A stretch of 64,000 nucleotides of DNA from Candidatus Zixiibacteriota bacterium (GTDB lineage Bacteria > Zixibacteria > MSB-5A5 > GN15 > JAAZOE01). Below are positions 21,216-31,133 of the stretch, one piece after another. The notes under the pieces were generated by a model. The model ran no database searches and was not told where the DNA came from. It saw nothing but the letters and a program-made list of their open reading frames with translations. A program made the translations under genes and the position numbers. Positions within the stretch are counted from its first letter, which is position 1, and the number at the start of each line of letters is the position of its first letter. Location: the NCBI GenBank assembly GCA_043819555.1, contig JBDREQ010000001.1, forward strand, positions 11,451-75,450, given 5' to 3'.

Positions 21216-23419
21216 TCGCGGATTAGAAAAATCTTACCCCGTCCCACTTCACCGTCGCGGGCGGTGATTGTAAAGAGATATACTCCGGATGCAACGGGTT
21301 GACCATTACTATTTAGTCCATCCCAAATACCGGTTACGGCAATCTCACGAATCAATTCTCCGGCCAGGGAAAATATTTTTATCCGTGATAATCCGGAATA
21401 ATTAAAACGCACCGTTTCATCCCCGGTTCGAATAATATACGGATTGGGATAGGCGAGTACATTATCGACTTCATCGGCGGCAAGTCTGGCAGGGATAGTC
21501 ATTCTTGAAATTCCGGCTACCGTCGAAATCCATAGCGCTTTATCTTTTGAATCATAAAAGATATCGTTGATCACGTTTGAAACCAATCCTGAGTTTTTCT
21601 CGGTCAAATGTTCATAATTCCCAGTCGCAATGTCGCGAATCGCCATACCTTGCCTGCTGCCGGAATAAAGAGTTCCCTGACCATCAAATCCAATTGCGGT
21701 TATTTCGGGTCCAAAATCGACCGGCAATATCTCGTTGGTAAAGATTATTTCTCCCAGTGATTGATACGATAATCCGAACGAGGTTCCAACCCAGAGCGAA
21801 TCATACTCATCGACCTTCAAATATCTAATAATATCCGAACCGATTCCGGAATTGGCCGATGTGAATTGCCAGGTATAATCGTCGGCGGCATAAAACGGCG
21901 AGCCGTTATACAGGCGGGCGAAAACACCATTATTGGCCGAGCCAATATATACCGTTCCCTGCCCACTAGTCAGAGTTTCAACCCATTCGGCCTGAACGCC
22001 TCCGGTCAAAATATAATTTTGCCATTGCCCAAGATCATAAGGATTAACAGCCACCAACTCACCTTCGGCCGCGCGCAAATTGGCAAACCAAATTGCATCC
22101 CCGGAAAAATGAATATCGGCTACGACCGTAAACTGAGGAGCTTCGGCTATTCCGGATAAAGCGGAATTATTGTAGGTGAAATGAGTTATACTATCGCCCA
22201 TGATGCGAAAAACGCCATTGCCCCAGGTACCGGCCCAGACATCTTCAAAGGGACCAACCCCAAGGCAATATATTCCTCCCACGACAGAATCAACTTTCGT
22301 CCAAATATCGTTATCAAGATAAGCCAATCCCGCATTCCAGAACGCGCCCCATTTTTTTCCCTGAGCTGAGATAATTTGGCGGCAATCATTGGATGGCAAA
22401 CTGCCGACAGAAAAATGAGTTAATTCATTGCCCTGTTGAAAATAAATTCCGTTAACTAATCCCCCATGCCAGTAATCACCGTTCATATCAATCATTCCAC
22501 ATGACGAATTGGGTATTGGCGGGCCCGCGGTCGGTAATCCCGAAATCACCCCGTTAAAATATATAGTGGAACCACGACTACTATTTATCATAAGCGAATC
22601 CCCAATGGCCGACATATTATAGACCAAAGGATTGCCGTACAAATTCAGATTTATAAATTCGGGAATAGACGGATTAAATTGATAAACTCCGGCCGGAGTA
22701 CCCACGAATATTCCACCAGTATTGATAGTCAATGCCTTAATTGAATCGGTTGAGGGACCCGATAAATCAGATGGCAGATATGATGTCCAACCGGTCGGGG
22801 CTTTTAGTTGCCTGATATCAAATCGCGATCCCACAGCCAGTCCGGCATCAGTACCAACCCAGATATTAGTGTCATCAAGCGCGACCTTTCTTACGGGAGT
22901 ATCTCGGTCGATATCTCCGAAACGACTATATGTATCCAGAACCAGCCCCTCAGCTAAGTTTTCTCCGGGCAAAAAAAGTATTAATCCAGCGCGGCTGGCC
23001 AGCCATAATGAATCCCCCCCGGCAACGCCATCAATATCCTCAATATCAAGAAGTATGCCATCATTATCGGTAAATAAATATCCATCGGGATATTCCGGAT
23101 CGGTGAAATTTACAAGACGGCCATGTCCTCCAACCCAAAATCTGTTTATATCGTCTACATATAGGCAAAAAAGCTGATTTGTCTGAAGTCCGTCAATATT
23201 CGAATAAGTTTCGAATGACATATCCCGGGGATTGATGCGTACCAATCCTCCGGTGGTAGCGAACCATAAATCATCATTATATATTACAGCGTCTTTGGTA
23301 TTTCCAAATGACGAATAGGTTGTCCAATCTCTTATTTCAGCCTTCATGTCAATCGAAAAAAGGCAAATCACCAAGAGCGAGAAAATTACTGTCAGGCAGA
23401 GGTTTTTTCTTTTATCCAT
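21212..23419 (-). CDS. PorZ-like secreted beta-propeller protein with C-terminal Ig/sorting domain
   Basis: Signal peptide, WTTY N-terminus, and repeated (L/I)W(V/F)(G/A)T..GL propeller blades (NSGLVSNVINDI). C-terminus VLAYPNP...WDG.N..G..VASGVY...GKIFLIR. Confidence 0.7.
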   Translation of the reverse strand: MDKRKNLCLTVIFSLLVICLFSIDMKAEIRDWTTYSSFGNTKDAVIYNDDLWFATTGGLVRINPRDMSFETYSNIDGLQTNQLFCLYVDDINRFWVGGHGRLVNFTDPEYPDGYLFTDNDGILLDIEDIDGVAGGDSLWLASRAGLILFLPGENLAEGLVLDTYSRFGDIDRDTPVRKVALDDTNIWVGTDAGLAVGSRFDIRQLKAPTGWTSYLPSDLSGPSTDSIKALTINTGGIFVGTPAGVYQFNPSIPEFINLNLYGNPLVYNMSAIGDSLMINSSRGSTIYFNGVISGLPTAGPPIPNSSCGMIDMNGDYWHGGLVNGIYFQQGNELTHFSVGSLPSNDCRQIISAQGKKWGAFWNAGLAYLDNDIWTKVDSVVGGIYCLGVGPFEDVWAGTWGNGVFRIMGDSITHFTYNNSALSGIAEAPQFTVVADIHFSGDAIWFANLRAAEGELVAVNPYDLGQWQNYILTGGVQAEWVETLTSGQGTVYIGSANNGVFARLYNGSPFYAADDYTWQFTSANSGIGSDIIRYLKVDEYDSLWVGTSFGLSYQSLGEIIFTNEILPVDFGPEITAIGFDGQGTLYSGSRQGMAIRDIATGNYEHLTEKNSGLVSNVINDIFYDSKDKALWISTVAGISRMTIPARLAADEVDNVLAYPNPYIIRTGDETVRFNYSGLSRIKIFSLAGELIREIAVTGIWDGLNSNGQPVASGVYLFTITARDGEVGRGKIFLIRE

Positions 23420-24939
23420 AGTCCAAATAATATAATGCTCAATAATCCAATTAACAACAGGCCAAATTGTCCAAGGAGGGGCCCAGTTTTGTTAAAGACA
23501 GTTAATTCTTTTACCGGTTTCAGCCGGCCATGGACAATTGTTTTTTTGTACAGATTACTCTTATTGTATATACGCCCAAAATTATCAACAAAATACGAAA
23601 AACCACTATTTGCGGCGCGCGCAATATATATATCGTTTTCAATCGCCCGAAATACGGCCATCCCTGCATGCTGATAAGGACCTGATGAACGTCCATACCA
23701 TGTATCATTGGTTATATTGACCAGAAAATCAGCGCCATTTCTTACATACTGATTCACCAGTTCCGGAAAAATCACTTCATAGCATATTAAAACTCCATAT
23801 CCTCCAAAATCACTTTCATATATAGGAAGCTCTCTCCCATGCTCGAAATCAGACCAACCCAATGAAAGATTGGCCAGCCACGGGACATATTCGCTATAAG
23901 GAACGGTTTCCGCAAACGGGACCAGTTTATTTTTGTGATACGGTTCATCATGAGAACCATCGGCGTTGAAATGTATGGCCGCGTTAAATGTTTTTATGCT
24001 GTCATTTTCCAATCGAGTGTAATCAAGCGTTCCCACCAGCATTGGCGTTTCGACTTTCCGAGCAGTTTGCGCGACCATTCGAGTCAGGCGATATTCCGAC
24101 AGTAAATACGCGGGCGCCGCCGTTTCAGGCCAGACAATTAAATCAGGTTTGCTCTGCGAGGAATTAATGACAGCTTCAACCGCCAGAGAATCATACAGGA
24201 AAAAATTGTAATCCCTATTATCGGGATTCCATTTTTCCTCAATGCTCAAACTTCCCTGTAAAACGACGACTTTTATCGGACCTTCATCACTCGGTCCTGT
24301 CTGAGATAATATTATCGACCCATATATTGTCGGAAGTCCGATCAGCAGTCCGACGATAAAAACGTATAACGGTTTTTTATATTTCCAAGCCTGCCAGAGC
24401 AAAATATTGACAATGACCAAAATTATTGTAATGCCAGCGTCTCCGGTATATTTGCATATCTGAATAAAAGCCGTGTATGCGCTTTGCGTGTAAGACAGGT
24501 TTGACCATGGAAAAGCAATTTCAAGTAATGTCCTGAAATACTCAATCCCCGCCCAGAGAAACGGTAATAAAATAAACGCTACCTTTTTTGACTTTGTATA
24601 GAGAGCTGAATACAGAGCGAGCATGAACGCCGAATATAAGGAAATCAGGCCAATGGCGGCGATTGTTCCCGGGATAGTTACCCATCCAATCCAGTAGAGC
24701 GAAAAACAATGATAGAAAAAGAAATAAAAATAGCCCTGCTTAAACGCCGGCCTAAACGACTTTCCCGATATAATATCCAGAGGTTTAATCAGGGCAATGA
24801 CTGCCAGAAACCCCAGAGGCAGCGGCGGCCAGGCGGCGGCCAGAAGAGCCGCGAAAAATAGCAAATATAATCTTTCCTGGCGCAGAGTTAAATCATCAGG
24901 CCAGATAGATTTGGCTATATATTGGAAAATCTTCGGCAC
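23392..24939 (-). CDS. lnt: apolipoprotein N-acyltransferase
   Basis: N-terminal TM helices and nitrilase triad motifs WPET (E), YHKNKLVPF (K) and ICYE (C), plus TNDTW. Confidence 0.95.
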   Translation of the reverse strand: MPKIFQYIAKSIWPDDLTLRQERLYLLFFAALLAAAWPPLPLGFLAVIALIKPLDIISGKSFRPAFKQGYFYFFFYHCFSLYWIGWVTIPGTIAAIGLISLYSAFMLALYSALYTKSKKVAFILLPFLWAGIEYFRTLLEIAFPWSNLSYTQSAYTAFIQICKYTGDAGITIILVIVNILLWQAWKYKKPLYVFIVGLLIGLPTIYGSIILSQTGPSDEGPIKVVVLQGSLSIEEKWNPDNRDYNFFLYDSLAVEAVINSSQSKPDLIVWPETAAPAYLLSEYRLTRMVAQTARKVETPMLVGTLDYTRLENDSIKTFNAAIHFNADGSHDEPYHKNKLVPFAETVPYSEYVPWLANLSLGWSDFEHGRELPIYESDFGGYGVLICYEVIFPELVNQYVRNGADFLVNITNDTWYGRSSGPYQHAGMAVFRAIENDIYIARAANSGFSYFVDNFGRIYNKSNLYKKTIVHGRLKPVKELTVFNKTGPLLGQFGLLLIGLLSIILFGLWIKEKTSA

Positions 24940-24942
24940 CCG

Positions 24943-26466
24943 CTAAATTAACAGCGATTCGCCGTCCATTTCAATTGGTTTTTTTATATTTAATAGCTGA
25001 AGGATTGTCGGGGCAATATCGGCCAGTTTTCCCCCCGGTCGTAATTTCGTGCCTTCAGGTCCGTTTATGAGATAACAGGGAACAAGGTTGGTTGTGTGAG
25101 CCGTATGCGGACCGCCGTTTTCAGGATCAACCATCATCTCCGCGTTGCCGTGATCGGCTGTTAAAATGCCCATCCCGCCTTTTGATATTAGAGTATCAAA
25201 CACTTTGCCAACACATCCGTCAACTGTCTCAACTGCTTTGATGGCGGCTTCAATTATACCGGTATGTCCGACCATGTCGCAGTTCGCGAAATTGAGGATA
25301 ATAACTTCGTACTTGTCGGAATGAATCGCATCAATAACTTTGGAAGTCACTTCCGGCGCCGACATTTCCGGCTGCAAATCATAGGTCGCCACTTTTGGCG
25401 ATGGTATCATTTCCCGGTCTTCACCCGGATATGGCGTCTCGTTGCCGCCGTTGAAGAAATAAGTCACATGCGCATATTTTTCCGTCTCGGCGATTCGCAA
25501 TTGCTTGAGGCCGTTCTCAGCGAGTACTTCGCCGAACAGCCGTTTCATCCTCCGAGGAGGAAAAGCTATCTTAGGAGTTTTCAATTTTTCATCATAGATA
25601 GTCATATTGACAAGATTGACTTTGAAATCATTATCGGTATCGAGCGTTGGCAAAGTCTGATTTCCTTCAAAGACATGATTAAGCTGCCTCACCCGGTCGG
25701 CGCGGAAATTGAAAAACAAAGCCAAATCGCCCGACCGCAATTTGCCGGGGTTATCTCCATCATTCATTACCGCAGGTTTGACGAATTCATCGGTTACTCC
25801 AGCCACATACGAGTCTTTTATTGCCTGTACAGGATTATCGACTTTTTTCCCTTCGCCCAAAACAATAGCTCGATATGCCCGCTCAATCCGCTCCCATCGT
25901 TTATCCCGATCCATCCCCCAGTACCGTCCCATAACCGTCGCAATGGAACCGATTTGATATTTCTCAAACATATTCAGCGCTTGCTGAACAAAACCCGCGC
26001 CTGAAGTCGGCGACGTATCCCGACCATCAAGGAAAGCATGCAGATATAATTCCGGCACTTTCAAATTCCTGGCCATACGAATCAGCGCATCAAGATGATT
26101 CATGGAGCTATGAACGCAGCCATCAGAAACAAGTCCGAACAGATGCACCGCTTTGCCAGCTTCTGCGGTTTTTCTTATCGATGATACCAAAACCTCATTT
26201 TGGAAAAATGATCCATCTTCGATGGATTTATCAATCCGGGTAATATCCTGATAAACAACCCGCCCGGCTCCAAGGTTTAGATGCCCAACTTCGCTGTTGC
26301 CCATTTGTCCTTCGGGCAATCCCACCGCTAAACCGGAACCGTCAATCGGTTCGCCGGGCCAGGCGGCAAAGATTTTATCCAGATTCGGCTTCCGAGCCGC
26401 CGCAATGGCGTTATTCTCTTTTTCGGAACGGAGTCCGAAACCATCTAAAATGCAGAGTAAAAACAT
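24943..26466 (-). CDS. gpmI: 2,3-bisphosphoglycerate-independent phosphoglycerate mutase
   Basis: ILDG, GQMGNSEVGH, DGRD, ETEKYAHVT, DMVGHTG and TADHGNAE motifs. Confidence 0.98.
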   Translation of the reverse strand: MFLLCILDGFGLRSEKENNAIAAARKPNLDKIFAAWPGEPIDGSGLAVGLPEGQMGNSEVGHLNLGAGRVVYQDITRIDKSIEDGSFFQNEVLVSSIRKTAEAGKAVHLFGLVSDGCVHSSMNHLDALIRMARNLKVPELYLHAFLDGRDTSPTSGAGFVQQALNMFEKYQIGSIATVMGRYWGMDRDKRWERIERAYRAIVLGEGKKVDNPVQAIKDSYVAGVTDEFVKPAVMNDGDNPGKLRSGDLALFFNFRADRVRQLNHVFEGNQTLPTLDTDNDFKVNLVNMTIYDEKLKTPKIAFPPRRMKRLFGEVLAENGLKQLRIAETEKYAHVTYFFNGGNETPYPGEDREMIPSPKVATYDLQPEMSAPEVTSKVIDAIHSDKYEVIILNFANCDMVGHTGIIEAAIKAVETVDGCVGKVFDTLISKGGMGILTADHGNAEMMVDPENGGPHTAHTTNLVPCYLINGPEGTKLRPGGKLADIAPTILQLLNIKKPIEMDGESLLI

Positions 26467-26514
26467 AATTGAATACTATACGCCTGATAAAATGATTTTT
26501 GTGAATCTTTCCCT

Positions 26515-27555
26515 CTATTTAATGCCAACTTCGCGAACGCCCTTTTCAATTGCCCCGATTCGATAAAATTCCTGATTAAGATTCGCAAGGACTTCTTCGG
26601 TCTTGGTTATATCGGATTTATCGACTACAACAATATACCCTATCCCCATATTAAAGGCGTCAAACATATCATTATCAGCCACACCGCCTTGTCTTTGCAG
26701 GTATTCAAAAATTGGCAAATTGGGCCAGCTATCTTTTTTCAGAACCGCTTTAAGATTTTTGGGAATAATCCTGATGAGATTTCCAGCGATACCGCCGCCT
26801 GTGATATGCGCCATCCCCTTTATATTGACTTCGTTCATCAACTGAGTAATCGACTTTAAATAACTGCGATGAACTTTCAGCAACTCTAGACCGATTTTGC
26901 CTTTGATCTCTTCGACATAAGAATCAGCCTGCAACCCGGCTATCTCAAAACAAATTTTGCGGGCCAGTGAATATCCGTTGGTATGCAGTCCCACCGACGG
27001 CAATCCATAAATAATATTGCCTTCGGTTATCGCTGATCCATCAACAATTTTATTCCTGTCAACCATACCAACGATAGTTCCGACCAGATCATATTCTCCG
27101 GGCTTATAAAAACCTGGAAGCTCGGCCGTTTCTCCTCCCAGAAGAGGCATATTGTTTTCCATGCAGGCAACCGTCAATCCTTCTACTATTTGGGCAATAA
27201 TTTCCGGTTTTACTACTCCGACTCCCAAATAATCCATGAAAAACAGAGGCGTCGCTCCCTGCACCAGAATATCATTGACGCCATGATTGACGATGCACTG
27301 ACCCACGGTATTATGAATCCCGGTCATAAATGCCAGCTTCAATTTTGTCCCAACGCTGTCGGTCGATGATACCAGAATTGGTTCTTTAAATTTCTCTAGA
27401 GGAGGTTTAAATAAACCTCCAAATGAGCCAATATCAGAAAGGACATTTTCATTGAAAGTTGCCCGGGCCAGCTTTTTTATTTTGTCCAGCGCTTCATCGG
27501 CTGCATGGAGATTAACTCCCGCCGACGCGTAATCGATCTTATTTTTGTTTTTCAT
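26515..27555 (-). CDS. purM: phosphoribosylformylglycinamidine cyclo-ligase (AIR synthase)
   Basis: Y..AGV, VGTK, GGETAE.PG, GLHTNGYS, AHITGGG and FNMGIG motifs. ATG 27555 preferred. Confidence 0.96.
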   Translation of the reverse strand: MKNKNKIDYASAGVNLHAADEALDKIKKLARATFNENVLSDIGSFGGLFKPPLEKFKEPILVSSTDSVGTKLKLAFMTGIHNTVGQCIVNHGVNDILVQGATPLFFMDYLGVGVVKPEIIAQIVEGLTVACMENNMPLLGGETAELPGFYKPGEYDLVGTIVGMVDRNKIVDGSAITEGNIIYGLPSVGLHTNGYSLARKICFEIAGLQADSYVEEIKGKIGLELLKVHRSYLKSITQLMNEVNIKGMAHITGGGIAGNLIRIIPKNLKAVLKKDSWPNLPIFEYLQRQGGVADNDMFDAFNMGIGYIVVVDKSDITKTEEVLANLNQEFYRIGAIEKGVREVGIK

Positions 27556-27562
27556 AGTACCG

Positions 27563-27600
27563 GTCAAGTTAGTCGCGTATGACTGACTTGTCAAGTTAGT
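27563..27600 (-). promoter_or_regulatory. sigma70-type purM promoter overlapped by direct and inverted repeats
   Basis: Minus strand TTGACA(27594-89)-N17-TAACTT(27571-66). GTCAAGTTAGT occurs at 27563-73 and 27590-600. Confidence 0.65.
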
Positions 27601-27659
27601 AAAATTCCGGAACTGATTAGATTTTTCAAATTTACATATAAGTCGTATATTGCATTCAA

Positions 27660-28505
27660 ATGTGTGGGAGGATTTTTATGGCTGATCAAGAAAACGGAAA
27701 TATTACTGAGTTTGAACACTGCCGCCGAACTTATACTCTGCCGGAGATTTATGACATCGCTTTTGATTTTCGTGATGTCCCTGAAGAAGTCGATTTTCTT
27801 TTGGGAACTGCCGAGAATTACCTTGGTCGGAAAGTAAGATCAGCCATTGAGATGGCTTGCGGGCCGGCCTATCATACCCGTGAATTGGCTCGTCGGGGCA
27901 TTATTTCAGACGGTTTGGATATCGAACTGGCTATGGTAAAATATACTCAGGATTTAATCTCCAAAGAAAATATCCGGGCCGACATTTTTGAAGGCGACAT
28001 GCGTTTTTATAGGAGCGAAAAAAAATATGATTTGGTTTATATGCTCATGGCATCGTTCGCTCAACTTCTAACCAATAAAGATATAATCGATAATTTCAAA
28101 TGCGCCGCCGATTTATTATCTGATGGAGGCATCTATATTATTTCCACGGCTCACCCCCGCGATTTTTATGGCGATGAAAAATCGACTACGAAAAACAGCT
28201 GGGAAATGACTCGCGGCGATATTAGCGTTAAGACTAATTGGGGCGGAGATAACCAGAAGTTTGACGCTTTGACTGAAATCGATGATATCATCATATCGTT
28301 TGATGTAACCTCAACGGAAAGGAAAAAACGATATGAATTCCCTGATCGTTATCGGCGGTGCTCGATTAAGACATTCGAAGCATTGGTTGAGCTTTCGGGC
28401 AGATTTGAAATAGTAGATTGTTTTGGAGCTTTGGACAAGAACATAAAACTATCAAACGCTTCCGAATGTTGGCGGTTTGTCCCTGTTTTGCGCAAATTGA
28501 AATAA
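27660..28505 (+). CDS. class I SAM-dependent methyltransferase
   Basis: EMACGPA motif I, GLDIE..M, GDMR, YDLV and L..GG.YI. Start may be 27678. Confidence 0.85.
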   Translation: MCGRIFMADQENGNITEFEHCRRTYTLPEIYDIAFDFRDVPEEVDFLLGTAENYLGRKVRSAIEMACGPAYHTRELARRGIISDGLDIELAMVKYTQDLISKENIRADIFEGDMRFYRSEKKYDLVYMLMASFAQLLTNKDIIDNFKCAADLLSDGGIYIISTAHPRDFYGDEKSTTKNSWEMTRGDISVKTNWGGDNQKFDALTEIDDIIISFDVTSTERKKRYEFPDRYRRCSIKTFEALVELSGRFEIVDCFGALDKNIKLSNASECWRFVPVLRKLK

Positions 28506-28510
28506 AAAAT

Positions 28511-29497
28511 TCAAGCCGCGCAGTACTCCTGCAAATATTTCAGTAACCTATCCATATTTTCAGGCAGCTTGCTTGAAACCGATATTTTTTCATTAGTGAT
28601 CGGATGAATAAATTCAAGCGATTTGGCATGCAGAGCCTGTCGGTCAATCAGGGACAGCAAATGTTTTCCCATTTTTCTATGTGATGGGTCTATGCCACTT
28701 AGCCATTTTTGCCGGCCGCCATAATCCGGATCCCCCAGCACCGGTCGATTAAAATGAGCCAGGTGAACTCGTATTTGATGGGTTCGTCCTGTCTCCAGCT
28801 TGATCTCGATAAAATCATTTATCAGAAAACGTTGGAGTACCTTATAATGAGTAATCGCGTTTCGGGATTTTAGATTTGTCACTGTCATTTTTTTGCGATC
28901 TCGCAAGGACCGGCCAATGGGGAGTTCTATCGTACCTTCTTGTTCTGGCATGTGGCCACAAGTTATCGCGTGATATATTTTTTCAACTTCCCGTTCCGCA
29001 AATTGTTCCCTGAGCTTCCGGGCGGATAGGTCATCTTTGGCGATTATAATTAATCCCGAAGTATCCTTATCAAGGCGATGGATGATTCCGGGACGGTCGA
29101 TTGAATCATTATCGGAAAGTTCCTTGAAATGGTACAGCAAAGCATTCACCAGAGTATTTGATTTGTTGCCAGCTCCGGGATGAACAACCATTCCCGCCGG
29201 CTTATTGACAACGGCCAGATGTTCATCATTATAGACGATATCAAGATGAATATTTTCGGGGATCAAATCCATTTTTTCCGGGGGAGGGATTTGAATAATA
29301 ATCGTTTCGCCGCCTTTTAATTTATGATTTTTCGAAACGACTTTATCATTGACTCGGACTTTCTCTGAATTAATCAGATTTTGTATATAGGCTCGCGATA
29401 ATTGCAAATCTTCCCGAGATGCCAGATATTTATCCAATCTTTGAGGTTTGGACAATTCTGGTGTGGTGAATTTTTTGATTTCTTTTGATTGACCCAT
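28511..29497 (-). CDS. rluD: RluA/RluD-family 23S rRNA pseudouridine synthase with S4 domain
   Basis: RLDKYL, VNKPAGMVVHP, HRLDKDTSG, TGRTHQIRVH and RQALHA motifs. Confidence 0.92.
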   Translation of the reverse strand: MGQSKEIKKFTTPELSKPQRLDKYLASREDLQLSRAYIQNLINSEKVRVNDKVVSKNHKLKGGETIIIQIPPPEKMDLIPENIHLDIVYNDEHLAVVNKPAGMVVHPGAGNKSNTLVNALLYHFKELSDNDSIDRPGIIHRLDKDTSGLIIIAKDDLSARKLREQFAEREVEKIYHAITCGHMPEQEGTIELPIGRSLRDRKKMTVTNLKSRNAITHYKVLQRFLINDFIEIKLETGRTHQIRVHLAHFNRPVLGDPDYGGRQKWLSGIDPSHRKMGKHLLSLIDRQALHAKSLEFIHPITNEKISVSSKLPENMDRLLKYLQEYCAA

Positions 29498-29553
29498 ATT
29501 TGGAAGATATTAATTACCGTACACCCAAGGCAAGGAATTATAAATATAAAGAA

Positions 29554-30345
29554 TTACAGTTTTTCAAAAATAGTATCCGCCAATTTGATAAAATCATCGA
29601 GTTCGAGTTGCTCGGCTCTTGTGGTCGATGAATTTGTCAGCTTGATAATTATTTTTTCCAATTCTTCTCTGGGCAAGGGATAGGCTGAATTGAGATTATT
29701 CAATAGCGATTTGCGTTTTCCCGAAAAACTATTCCGAACGAATTTCTCAAATCGTCTCAAATCCGAAATCGGATATTGGCGGTTATGGCGAATGAACTTA
29801 ACGACCGTCGAATCGACTTTAGGGGGGGGACGAAAAGAATCGGGAGGTACCGGGCAGACTATTTCGCTATCGAAATACAATGATGTTAAAACTGAGATCG
29901 TGGACCTGGCTTTTTTGCCCGGCGGTGAAATCACCCTTTCGGCCACTTCTTTCTGCATCATAAAAATGGCGCGATTAATCTGGGCATGATACAGCATCAG
30001 CCAATCCATTATGGGTGTCGTGATGTTATAGGGTAAATTGCCAATGACAGCAAAATCATCCAATCCTGCTTCACGTGGATTAACCCCCAAAATATCGGTT
30101 TCGACGACTCGGAAATTTCCTCTGTCTGAAAATTCTTTGGCCAGCCGGGGAGCCAGCCGTCGGTCAAGTTCAATCGCGACAATATCCGCCCCGGAATTCA
30201 CAAGAGGCAGCGTCAGGACCCCTTCACCGGGACCAATTTCCAGAATGGTTTCACCCAGCTGAGGATTTAAGGCTTCGATTAGTTGAATGATAATCAGGGG
30301 ATCGATCAGGAAGTGCTGTCCGAGAGATTTCTTAGCCTTAGTCAT
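29554..30345 (-). CDS. rsmA: 16S rRNA adenine dimethyltransferase
   Basis: KKSLGQHFL, EIGPGEG, GNLPYNI and PPPKVDS motifs. Confidence 0.97.
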   Translation of the reverse strand: MTKAKKSLGQHFLIDPLIIIQLIEALNPQLGETILEIGPGEGVLTLPLVNSGADIVAIELDRRLAPRLAKEFSDRGNFRVVETDILGVNPREAGLDDFAVIGNLPYNITTPIMDWLMLYHAQINRAIFMMQKEVAERVISPPGKKARSTISVLTSLYFDSEIVCPVPPDSFRPPPKVDSTVVKFIRHNRQYPISDLRRFEKFVRNSFSGKRKSLLNNLNSAYPLPREELEKIIIKLTNSSTTRAEQLELDDFIKLADTIFEKL

Positions 30346-31115
30346 TATTCAAACATCTCTACCAGTCGAAATAATTTTTCAGCAGTGCGAGTCGTAATTT
30401 TCTCCGCTTCTTCAAAACTTATATTTCTTAGTTCAGCCAGTTTTTCGCAGACTAATTTGACATAGGCTGGGCAATTTCGTTTGCCCCGATGCGGCATTGG
30501 CGTAAGATACGGGCAATCGGTTTCGATCAGTATTTTTGTTAAATCGATTTCCCGTCCGATATGCGCCATCTTCGAATTTTTATATGTCATTACGCCATTG
30601 ACAGAGACATGAAATCCCGTAGAAATTACTTTTTCGGCTTGCTCGACCGTTCCCGGAAAACAATGAAACACTCCGGATAATTGTCCACTGTAATTTGACA
30701 CTATCTCAAAGGCTTCATCGAGGGCGTCGCGTACATGAATGACAACCGGCATTTTCAGTTCAACGGCAAGGTCAAGCTGCTTTACAAAGACCACACGCTG
30801 GATCTTTCGCGGCGATAAATCACGAAAGTAATCAAGGCCGATCTCTCCGATCCCGACTACTTTGGGATTCCCGGCCATTTTTCGCATTTCAATCATGAAT
30901 TCATCGGTCATAGTTTTGGCATCATGAGGATGAATCCCCACCGTGCAGAATATATTATCGTATTCATTTGCCAGATGAAAAGATCTGCGGGTCGAATCCA
31001 CGTCGGCTCCAATATTAATCAAACGATCAACTCCATATTCGGAAGCACGAACGATAACATCCTCGCGGTCATTATCGAAATCCCGAAAATCAATATGGCA
31101 ATGAGTATCTATCAT
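30345..31115 (-). CDS. tatD: TatD-family DNase
   Basis: IDTHCH, GIHPH, IGEIGLDY, HCF and ETDCPYL motifs. Confidence 0.95.
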   Translation of the reverse strand: MIDTHCHIDFRDFDNDREDVIVRASEYGVDRLINIGADVDSTRRSFHLANEYDNIFCTVGIHPHDAKTMTDEFMIEMRKMAGNPKVVGIGEIGLDYFRDLSPRKIQRVVFVKQLDLAVELKMPVVIHVRDALDEAFEIVSNYSGQLSGVFHCFPGTVEQAEKVISTGFHVSVNGVMTYKNSKMAHIGREIDLTKILIETDCPYLTPMPHRGKRNCPAYVKLVCEKLAELRNISFEEAEKITTRTAEKLFRLVEMFE

Positions 31116-31133
31116 GAGAAAACTGAGTATCCG

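Noticed and set aside
25264..26004. 246-aa plus-strand ORF, and similar ones such as 41998-42621
   Set aside because: Entirely antisense to well-conserved genes (gpmI, VWA) and without recognisable motifs.
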